This document shows positions 40,201 through 52,200 of a DNA stretch of 64,000 nt, one piece after another (the stretch's first letter is position 1; each line of letters opens with the position of its first letter). Made by a program: the position numbers and the translations under genes. Origin of the DNA: Antedon mediterranea (taxonomy: Eukaryota; Animalia; Echinodermata); NCBI RefSeq assembly GCF_964355755.1, contig NC_092676.1:27112871-27176870 (forward strand), given 5' to 3'. The notes beneath the pieces are model-generated. The model searched no databases. It worked only from the letters and a program-made list of their open reading frames with translations, and was not told the DNA's origin.

Positions 40201-41755
40201 TTAGGAATTCTATTAATGGCTTAAAGCTTTTCTGTATTGAAATTGTAAGCGTTCTGTGGCACTGGGAAATGGCATATCAAAAAAATAATACAGTATATTA
40301 ATTCTTTTCCGTAGGTTAATGAAAATGGTATTGTGGTACTTACCAAAGAACATGTGCTTCCTGGTATATTTAGAACGCCTGAAGAGGTTAAATGTCCCCT
40401 ACCAGAACCCGCCAATCAACCTGATGCACCTGGAGGGGGCACTGTTGCCAGTGGCTACCTGATAGCAATCAGTAATGACGGTGAATTGATCAGTGAAAGT
40501 ATGGCAGCAATGTTTCTGTACGATTCAGTTTGTCAAAGTTGTAACGCATCAGCTGGAAAGTGTACATTCAAGGTAGACAATTTTCTATTTTGTCTCTAAT
40601 CCATCGATCTAAATAGTGAAAAGTTAAAAACATCGTCTGTATCATCTTCACAATTTAATGTTAGTTTAATCAATTTTGTTTCAGGATAATTCATGTAATA
40701 TTAATGGTCATTGCTACGCAGCATTAGAAACAAACCCAGCTGATGACTGCGAACACTGTCTGCCAGAAGAAAGCGTTGATAAGTGGTCAAGAAAACAAGG
40801 TTTGTTCCTTACCATAAAAACTGGGTCCCAATCTGTTGCAACTGCAATATTTCAGTATTCTATGTTTTCTCAAGTCCAAAAACAACTTTCCTTTCCTTTG
40901 TCTTCTGTAACAAAAATATGTACTAGTAGAGAATAAAAGATATAGAGAATATTTGTTTAAATGGAATATTGTTCATATTATAATTTACTTATATCTGCCT
41001 CCTAAGCAGGCAAGGCAAGTTTAAATACATTTTTATCAGCCAGGAAAACACAAAGATCATACCTGTCATTACTCTAACCCTGTATGTTCTCAGCAAATAC
41101 TATTTGTTTATCATATTCAGAAGACAGTGTTTGTAAGGATGATGTCTCTCAGCCTCAGTCTTACACCACTTTGATTATTTGTTCAGTAGCTGGAGTAGTA
41201 GTCTTTCTTCTAATACTGATAGGAATGGTTGTAATCTGCAAAAGGTAAAATACGCAATTCTTCAATTATTCTATCAATTGTTAGATTTATTTTGAACTAT
41301 TTTTAAACATACACACATGTTCAGTAAAAAAATCTGAAATATTGTAAATTTAATATTTTGCTTTCAGATGCACAAGCAGATCCGACACAGATTCAAAAAA
41401 TACAATAGTAGTCTACTCAAAAGAAACAAAATCAGGTATTTCTAAAATTGTACTCACAATTTATAGAATAGTAAAATAAAATTTGTATAAACATTTTGGC
41501 AAAAGCTTCGCTATAGATGTTTGTGAATAAAGGACATTGCCAAGATTTGTAGGAAGGGGTACCTAAATGATTAGTGAGATTTATTCTGAGTGTTTTGTTT
41601 GTGGAGGAAATAGAAATCAATTAAATACTGTAAATATGATCATAAAAATTGTGCATTAAAAGCTTTGTAAAAAACAACAAACGATACATATGGTAATTAT
41701 TTTCATACTTTTTCTTGTAGGAGTGGACAATTTGCAAGGAAACTTTTATACATAG
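34267..41755 (+). CDS. VWDE-like type I membrane protein, paralog 3, short stalk (about 19 coding exons)
   Basis: Signal exon 34267-34327 (MKLYIVLLYFIAKFISING), D8C exons about 34738-34962 and 35174-35350, GDPH at 37707-37718, GLCGNFD near 38690, RRKR near 39115, EGF exon 39723-40097, TM exon 41121-41244, tail exons 41368-41435 and 41721-41755. Confidence 0.87.
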
Positions 41756-41879
41756 TTCATCTATGGTGACACAAAATGAAAACCATATTGAATAGCAAGA
41801 AAGATATTATTAGATAATTTTTCAATATGCAACTCAGCAGTAATAAATTAGTCATTTTAAATATAAATATTATATACTT

Positions 41880-41962
41880 CAGGCCCGTAGCCAGGGGGGG
41901 TTTTTATGGCCCAAATATTTAGTGTCCGAACCCCCCCTTGACAGATCCTGGCTACGGCCCTG
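41880..41962. mobile_element. 83-bp GC-rich MITE
   Basis: CAGGCCCGTAGCCAGG...CCTGGCTACGGCCCTG, flanked on both sides by TACTT. Confidence 0.75.
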
Positions 41963-43209
41963 TACTTACCCACTATATATTTTATGTTTTACATAATAAT
42001 AAGCAGATGTATATTTTTATACCATTAAATATAAAAGATGGAAAATAATACAAAATATACAATATAATTACTAAGATGATAATGATGAAACAATGTTATA
42101 GATAGTTGAATTTAAAATGAATTGCTTGAAATATGCATTATGCTCTCATATTGTAGGTGATTAGTGAGTACATTTGAACCTAATACATTTAATATTAATA
42201 ATTGCAAGGGAAGAAGGTATGCTTATTATTCAGGAAATTTAGTTGATTAATTTTATAGATAAATTAAGAAATGATAAGAAGATAAGTAACAATTTACCTA
42301 TAAAATAAAATACATTAAAAAAACTTACCTACCATAAAATTGACTGTTTACTATGGAATGCATTGTCTTCACCATACATCCACTCCTAGAAAAATAAAAG
42401 AATCTTAGCACAGTTAGGGGAACAAAGTGAGTTGTCAAAACAATATATCTGAAACTTAACCACATACAACTCTTAGAAAGTAGGAAGCCTTTTGCCATTT
42501 CCCCCCAGACTGAGCACAAAATTGTAACACAATTTTACTACAATAATGTATTAGTGTTTTTATGTTTCTTGTTTCTATTCAATCAATATTTGGTATTTTT
42601 ACATAATAAGTACATAATAATAAGTTTCAAGAAACTACAATAATAAAATAAACAATATAAAAAAATCTCCATTGTAATGGTGGAAATTGAACTTACCATA
42701 GCTGGCATATATATAAAAATATCCTTTTCAGATCTGTTAAAATTATACATTGAAATACATAAAAAATAAACAATGATAATGATAACAATGATATAATATA
42801 ATAAAACTATTTATTGAAAAAAAGACTGGTTTTATTTATACATAAAATATAAAGAATGTGTAAATATGGATAATATAATGTACAATTTTTGAGAAAATAA
42901 GTGGTACATTTTAATTTTCGTGTTTGTAATCATAATAGACACTCATTGATTCTTTGACAAATTTAAAAAAAGCTGATTTTACCATGAAATTAGTATCCAT
43001 TCATCACATACATTCACAATTCAAATCTAAATACAGTATCTTAATTATACAGTTAAAGGAAATCACACTTTTGTAATTTTCAATTTTACTATCCTATATT
43101 CAGTTTCTATTATTTTCAAACCCACAATTCACGATTTGTATATTTTAAAAAGCGCAAAATTTGCAACTATTATTAAGCTTTTATTCTCTGTCAGTATTAA
43201 GGGATTTGA

Positions 43210-46200
43210 TCACTTCCTACGTGATCGAGGGCTTTTTCGTGGGGCAGGTTGTTTAGAAGCCGATCTGGTTTGACGATGCAAATGCTGCTGTGAATCTGAC
43301 AGGTTGTCCATACATAGTTGATCATCTGGTGCTTTAGCTGAACTTTTTCGTGGGGCAGGTTGTTTAGAAGCCGATCTGGTTTGACGATGCGAATGCTGTT
43401 GTGTATCTGACAAGTTGTCCATACACAGTTGATCATCTGGGGCTTCAGCTATGCTGTTCATTTTCTTGGCAACTGATTGTGACGAGGATTTTACGTTCCA
43501 CTTCCTTGGTTTCGGAGCTCTAAAAAACATATTTCATTTAGTAGAAGAAAAGCTAAAGGTGTACATTCATTCATTTCCTTTATTTCGGATATTATAAATT
43601 ATAAAAAACAAAAAGAGAAACAAATTTCACCAGGAAATTAACAATAGCAACAAAACCTACAATATTCTAAAATACCAATTTGCACCAACGCTGATGTAGG
43701 TTGGATTGCGGAAGTATGTTAACTATGGTTTGAATCAGACTATTACAACTGTCATGAATTAGCACCAACGATGATGTAGGTTGGATTGCGGAAGTATGTT
43801 AACTATGGTTTGAATCAGACTATTACAACTGTCATGAATTCTGTTCTTATAAATAGAATGAGGGAACGTTATTTGTTACAAACATTATATAATGTTAAAA
43901 TGTTAATTATTAAAGAATTAATGAAGAAGCCCATCTAATTTTTCAATTTTTAAAGAGGGGCTAGAGCAATTTTTTCTTTAAAAAAAAATCATATATGTGA
44001 CATACTTTTCTATTTACAAAAGGTAATAACATTAGACCAGTTAGCATTTTCAGAATAAAATGAGTATTAATATTTACAATTTTTAAACATTTACCAATGG
44101 GTAATCTCTGCAATGAAATTAAAATTCTTTCACATGCATACACTCATACTTACGGTTGTTCCGGTGAGAACATAACAAGGATGTCATTTGGTTGATCATT
44201 ATTTTTATCAGATTCAAGTTGTGCAGTCCAACTTTTTGTACCAGGAACTACAAACAAACAAAGAAAGAATAGGAAACTAATACATTATGTAAAATCAATT
44301 TTGTTAATAAAATAAAAGCCCTCTTTTTGGCACCCCTATTAAGGGGATACTTTCCCATGAAATGAGCACTCTGCTGCCTGACTGTAAACAATGACAATAC
44401 ATTGTTATTATAAGAGCTAATGTGCATATCATTACTCGGGTATTTATAAGGGGTTGAGATTGTAAAGTGTACGTGTTATACCTTGTTTCGGGTCCACATC
44501 TGCATACAATCGTATAGGCATTGATGTTGGTATAGGCGATGATGGTATAGCGCTGACGTCCATTGGTTCCATAAATGTAATACATCCTATAGTTGTGTCG
44601 GGAGTGCTAATGGCTCGGTTTGGTTTTTTCTTATCATCTCGAATTGGTGTCTGAAGGGAAAAACATTGCGATTTAAGACAACACAGAAAACATCGGCAAG
44701 GGCTAGAGTGTAGTTAGGGAAGTAGGATGTTTAGAACACAAGTGGAGTTGTGGTTTGCTGGTTATGATGCTTGACTACCAATCCAAGGGTCCTGTGTTCA
44801 AATCCTGTCGATTTTTTCTAATGACAATTTACAACTCCACTCCCAAAGACTAGTAATAAGACTTTGTTTATGTAGAGCATCTTGTATATGTTTGTCTTGT
44901 GTACAGGATTGCCACCTTTAAGAAGGATAGTGAATGCTATGATAGCTTATGGTTATCCTTGGCAATTTGTATAAATATATTAAAGATGTATTGTCCCTTT
45001 GACTAATTCCAAAAAAATAAAAAATAAAAGATTTTGGAAAAAGGTGGCTCATTTTGAAGTATCATAATAATTATTAACTATCACCAAAAATTTGTCCAAA
45101 AAAAAAATCATATAACTGAAATACAGACGTTTTTTTGTTAAAAAAATTACTTTGACTTCCAGTCAAAGTTTTCCATCAAAACATATCCCATAATGAAACG
45201 CGCTTGTTTGGCTACTCTGTATGCATAATCATAAAACTTCCTTATGATCTGTGTGAAAGTACCTTCTCAACCGTGACGAGTTGTAAACAATCTTAATTAG
45301 CATGGTTTGAAATCTTTGTTTACTTTCGCTCGCGACGATTTTCCAGATGAAATGTAATAAAACTAATTTACCTGTTAATTATGTAAACTTCTTGTTTTTG
45401 GCTCAAATTTTCGACTTAAAGTGAATAACTTTAACATTACTTTGATATGGCCACTTTAAATTTAGAATATTTTGACCTTCAATTTTTTGTGTTTCAAGGG
45501 ACAATATATCTTTAAATAAAACCAACTTTCTTAGGTCCCAAATAAGAAGAGGTGGTCCTTATTTGAAAACGGTTTTCAAGATTTAATTATAATAATAATA
45601 ATAATTATTTGATAATAATAATTTGATTTAAAATGGCATCATAATAATAACAATGGGCGTTATATTTTGAACTAAAGTGTTTTTCAATATTATAACTAGT
45701 ATTGACATTGGAAATAATACTGTAGCTTGTTGTTTATATGATTAACAATATTATGGTAAAGGTCACAGTATCATGCTTAATGGTAAGAAACAGCCCCACT
45801 TTACTTTACTACTTATTATACTTACTTTAAACATCATCCTTTTCCCTTGTACTTCACATCTCATATTCCCTCTGCTAATATTTTGGTTTTTATTAGATCT
45901 TGTTTGTCCGTTTTCCTCTGTTACTGACACCCTATTGTTTCTGGTTCTCCTATTTTCAGTAGCCCCATTCTCACTGTTTTTAGTAGCCCCATTCTCACTG
46001 TTTTTAGTAGCCCCATTTTCATTGTTTTTACTAGCCCCATTTTCTTTGTTTTTAGTAGACCCATTTTCATTGTTTTTAGTAGCTCCATTTTCATTGTTTT
46101 TAGTAGCCCCACTTTTATCATTGGCAACCACTTGCCCATCTGGACTAGCAGCAACAGCTGGGTTGGAACCTTCATCTGGTAATCGCTGTATGCTTGGGCT

Positions 46201-49200
46201 AGTTGGAAATTCAAACACATCGATACCATCATCTTTCTTTGATTGTTCTTTTTGTTTTGTTCTTCCTACAGAAGCTAACATTTTCCTGGCCGAGTTGACT
46301 ATTGCCATAACAGCCAGTGAATTTGGACTGCAATGCAAAAAAAAAATGTCTATGTTAGTACGAATGAACCAACGTTTGAAATCCTCACTTCTTCCACTTT
46401 GGCTTCGTTTGTACATTTGTTGGTTATACAAATCTACATGACTGGAATTGTACTGAGAAGGTTTTAACTACCTTTGAAACCCACTCTCAGGTAGGCATCT
46501 TTGCTAGTGTACAAACTAAAGATATACCACAAACACAATCAGCAATGGTTGCCATCAATCTTCCATGTTTTAAAAGCTAATAGACACAAAAATATGATTA
46601 TTTATTGAAGCCAAATCTAAAGCTATGTCTACACTATCAAACTTTATGTGACAAAAAGGTGTGATGTGCCCAAATATGGTAGTGATATACCCAAGGTGAT
46701 ATGACATCATTATATCCATATATGGGCACATAACATTTTTGTTTGTCACAAAAAGTTTGATAGTGTAGACACAGCTTTAGTCACAAGTAGATTACATATT
46801 ACAGAAATTCATCACAAAAATTCCTCAAGTCAATAAACAAGAATAAGTCTTACTTTGGTGTTTTTGGTGGTACTGGTAGATTCACATGTTGTATGTTCTT
46901 TAGTGGTTGTAACACAACTCGTGGTGATAGGTTTGCCACCATGTTAGGAGTAAGTGGGGCTTCAGGCTGCTGTAGAGGATGTAAACTCTGAAAAACAAAT
47001 CAACAGAATAAAGCGCAAGATCAAGTCGATGTTTCACGACGCTTCATGCAGCAATGCACCAATCAATATGTGCATAGCCGTGTGAAAATGAAACATTGTT
47101 CGATTTGATTTGCCGGAGCTGGACTGGAAATGTGCCGCAGCAAGTATGAACGTCGCTTTACACATGGTTCTCAATTTTTTGTTTTATCAAAGGGAAAACT
47201 TGCTGTGAGGGGAAATATATGTTTTAACACTACGGCCATCCGTCCTTATTCAGGGGACACAATAAAATACGGCCATCCGTCCGTATTCAGGGGACACAAT
47301 AAAATACGGCCATCCGTCCGTATTCAGGGGACACAATAAAATACGGCCATCCGTCCGTATTCAGGGGACACAATAAAATACGGCCATCCGTCCGTATTCA
47401 GGGGACACAATAAAATACGGCCATCTGTCCGTATTCAGGGGACACAATAAAATACGGCCATCCGTCCGTATTCAGGGGACACAATAAAATACGGCCATCC
47501 GTCCGTATTCAGGGGACACAATAAAATACGGCCATCCGTCCGTATTCAGGGGACACAATAAAATACGGCCATCTGTCCGTATTCAGGGGACACAATAAAT
47601 ACGGCCATCTGTCCGTATTCAGGGGACACAATAAAATACGGCCATCCGTCCGTATTCAGGGGACACAATAAAATACGGCCATCCGTCCGTATTCAGGGGA
47701 CACAATAAAATACGGCCATCTGTCCGTATTCAGGGGACACAATAAAATACGGCCATCCGTCCGTATTCAGGGGACACAATAAAATACGGCCATCCGTCCG
47801 TATTCAGGGGACACAATAAAATACGGCCATCCGTCCGTATTCAGGGGACACAATAAAATACGGCCATCTGTCCGTATTCAGGGGACACAATAAAATACGG
47901 CCATCCGTCCGTATTCAGGGGACACAATAAAATACGGCCATCCATCCGTATTCAGGGGACACAATAAAATACGGCCATCCGTCCGTATTCAGGGGACACA
48001 ATAAAAGGTGTACCATAGTAAAGGTTCTACTGTAGTAAATACAGCTCATAATAAAATATAATTTTCATATAAAGTTCTGAGAAGGTTTCAGATGTATTAT
48101 TTATTATTATATTGTATATTACAGAATGTCAAAGGTCAAACAAATATAAATCTAACATGAATTTCTTTATTTCTAAAGCTGTCTACACTATCAAACTTTG
48201 TGACAAATGTGATGTGCCCATATATAGACATGATGTCATATCAATACCATATTTGGGCATATCATTACCATATTTGGGCACATCACACTTTTTTGTCAAA
48301 CTAGTTTGATAGTATCGACTGAAGTGACAAATCTGTCAAATTAATAAGGTTGTATGGCTACCTGAGGTGTACCAGGTCTAGAATTCACCTGTGCTGGAGA
48401 CTTGCCATGTACTGAATGAGGAGAAGCATTGCTACTTGACTGCGGCGTATTGATAGACGCTGCTGCTATGGTCTGCTGACGGAGGGCTTCGAGTCTCATC
48501 TCTTCTTGCTGCTCGTCAAACTTGCGGAGGTCATACTCAATCTCGCTGGCCAATTGGTGATCAGCAGACATAATGTCTTAAGAAAAAAAGAGTTAAAAAA
48601 ACAAATTACTAAAAGTCATGTTAAAGAATTAAAAAACAATATAACAACAAAATAACACAATATAATATTTAAATAAAAAACGCTTCTTTTGTTTATAACT
48701 CACCTTTGACCTCATTTCTATAATCTTTCATCAATTCTTTTAAGTACATCATAAGATATTTCACCACAGGTGAACGATGTTTTTCCAGCTGTAATAAACA
48801 ATAGAAAATAGTTAATATCAAATCAAATGGCAGTGAAGACAAATATATAATGAAAATACATTAGAAAACAGGTACTATACAAATATACAGAATTTCTATG
48901 TTTTTCCTAAAACAAATGATAATAAATCATACTTGACTTGACTTGACTTGATATAATGAAAAGAAAACAGAATTGGATATAAACCTTGGAAATAATAATA
49001 GATAGATATATATATATATATAATATAAATTTACAAAAATCATTTTCAACTTACTAAATGTTTTAGTGAGACAATGATAGGAACTATATTCTCAATAACG
49101 TTCTTTTTGACAACTTGCGTAATGAGCTTCGTTTTTGCTTGTTGCATTACTGCCCCCGCCATCTCCATCTCATCAGCTGGTTCGTCGATGGATTTACTGC

Positions 49201-52200
49201 GTAATGACGACAGCTTTATTTCCTGGGTTAAAAATAAAAATTTCAATTGACAGAAATATCTTGTATGTCAGACTAGAACTTGTGGATGTCAAAAAAAGGA
49301 TAATTTCTTTAAATGATTGTAAACAAATTGTAAAATAGCGTTACTTCAATCGTCAACCTATCTAGGTAATAATGTCGATGTCTATCTAACAGCAGTTTTT
49401 AGAATGTACCACTTCTTTGCATTTAGTTTGAACTTAATACATACTTTACTGCTCATGATTGTGAGTGTGTCCTGTAGAAGAATGGATGTGTGCTTATCCA
49501 ATGGTAGTATGTCATCAACAACAGAAGCGATAGTCTGAAAAATACAAGAAAGTCGAAATAAAATAACTGTGAAAATCTAAGTCACATATTTTCCGAAACA
49601 GGGGTTTGTAAAGGACAATGTGGGGTATGTACATATAGGGGTTAGAGAGTCACTATCAATCAAAATTAAATGTTTCCAGTGGTCTAAATTGGTCATACAA
49701 TGAATGTCCAGTGGTCTAAATTGATCATACAATAAATGTCCAGTGGTCTAAATTAGTCATAGAATGAATATTCCAGTGGTCTAAATTGGTTATAGAATGA
49801 ATATTCCAGTGGTCTAAATTGGTTATAGAATGAATGTCCAGTGGTCTAAATTAATCATACAATAAATGTCCAGTGGTCTAATATTAGAATATCTATCACA
49901 TCAAGCAAAAGATACTAAGATGTGAACATGTTAAGACCATCTAGGTGTTTGATACATATATGGTTTTAACCACGCCTTTTATGGTTCCAACCACGCCTTT
50001 TTACTCTGACACCTCTACTCTCATACCTCTTGAGTGAGTTTAGCCACGATCTGAAACCTATGTTCATCTTTCATATTCTCCAGCATGAAGGCATACAGTT
50101 TGAGCCGTTTCTCTTGGTTTTCTTGCCCTTTCAGTGAAAACGTCTGTTTTTCTTTATCAGTCTGAGGAAAACGGTTATAAACTACAAGACACAGACGAAA
50201 TTAATTATCATTAAAGCTTTTCTTGAAGTTTGGGTTGGTTTGGCTTGGGTAATATCATTCTATTTTAAAGACTTTGGTGTGTAAAGCTGTAACAAAAAAT
50301 GTAATGTGCCCATATATGAACACGGTGATGTCATATCACTACTATATTTGGGCACATCACACTTTTTTGTCAAACTAGTGTGATAGTGTAGACAGAGCTT
50401 AATTATTGTATTCAGTAAGAACATAGGAAGAGAACTAGGTGAAATACAAAGATATGTTATAGGGTTTTTATAATGATAAACATAATATATACAAAAAAAA
50501 ATAAAATATTCAGTAACCTTACCATTGTGTTTCTCATATGAATTTAAGTGGTAAACACACTCCACGAAATGTTGAAACAAAAGGTTAGGATGTCGTGGCA
50601 ACAGAAGCTGTTTAAAACACAGTTGAGCTGTTGAGAAACACAGAATAAGTATTAAGCTCTGCCTACACTATCAAACTAATTTGACAAAAAAGTGTGATGT
50701 ACCCAAATATGGTAGTGATATGTCCAAATATAGTAGTGATATGACATCATCATGTTCATATATGGGCACATCACATTTTTTTTGTCACATAAAGTTTGAT
50801 AGTGTAGAGAGAGCTTAAAATCAAGACAACTAACATTGTGTAGTAGGTTCTGAAGTACTGCACAATCTAGAATAAAGTATTTGAAGTATTGCATCAGACA
50901 TACTATCAGAGTTACTTGAGAAACCACATATGCTTTCATTTTATTTACCAAAATCTTGAATTTCCTGTACTTCGTCCACCATTGTTACGATAAAACGGAA
51001 AAATAAGCATCCACGCCATTTGATGAAATCTTCCTGTTAAGCGAAAATACAATAATCAATAGTAATATTAATGATGATTTGATTGGTTACCAGTTAATAA
51101 TGATGATGATAAAGGGTGTTTAATGTTAATATTTTGACTGAGCTAATATAAATCAAATATTATGTTTGTGTGTTAACTTAAATATTTTTGGCTTACCAGT
51201 AATAAATGGGTGAGAAGCGTCAGGGTCTGTCTACGAATTAATGGACACTTATCCTTCAAACAGGAAGCTATGTTTGGTATGTAATGATTCACGAGATTGG
51301 GATACCTTAAAAAGAGTAGAATTATATATAGATATAAATTAAGTGAGTGGCCGAGCGGTTAAAATAGTGGAACCGGAATTACGCAGCCATAACATCGGCA
51401 AGCGTTCAAGGCTCACTCACTCCATGGTTCTGGTGGTAGAACGAGTCTTCTCGGATAATGACTATAAACTGTAGGTTCAGTGTACACATTTGGCTCATGT
51501 GCAATTTAAAGAACCGAGTTCATCTTTCGAGATGAGTAGGGGGTTACCCCGGTGTACTAGTCCACACAAACACAGCCACTGTCACACACAGCCACTGTGC
51601 AAGCGGGACTGGACTGTTTACCATCCTTTACTAATGTACATACATCTTAGTGAGAAGTTGAATAATTAAAATAATTAAAAATGTTTATGTAAATGATAAG
51701 TGAAATATGAAAAGTCTACCTACCTTTTGCAAAGGTCACACAATACAATAACAACATTGTTCCTAATTGCTGTGTCTGTTGATGTCTCCAACTCTCGTGC
51801 GATGGCAGCGATGGTTTGCTTCGCTAAAGACTCGTGTTGTAGACACAGCTTTCCAATGGTAATAAACGCAAACGCACGCACCCTGTTGGACATCTTTGAG
51901 CCACAAAACTGCGAGATAGGCACCTGTGTCTGTGATGGCTGGGATGATGCTTGTGATGATGGTAAGCAGTTTTCTAGATTATGAAGAAAGTAGGTTGGGT
52001 AGGTATTACTGAATTTATCACAAGTACAGGAGTAAGTAGGTATTACTGAATTTATATCTTGGAAGATTATGAAGAAGTTAGTATTAGTACGGGGGTTAGT
52101 AAGTATTACTAAAATCAGCATATCTTTTGGAACTAAAAGTTAATGACATTTTCAAGAACTTTATATAAATATATATCTAATATTGAAAAATCATTTTTTT

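Noticed and set aside
44742-44812. Possible tRNA gene
   Set aside because: Degenerate boxes, no acceptor stem and no terminator; treated as a SINE head (same for 51340).
45773-46441. 222-aa hydrophobic ORF on +
   Set aside because: Antisense shadow of an NCAPD3 exon.
47231-48006. Possible CRISPR array (37-bp repeats)
   Set aside because: There are no unique spacers and no cas genes, and it lies in a eukaryotic intron; it is a minisatellite.
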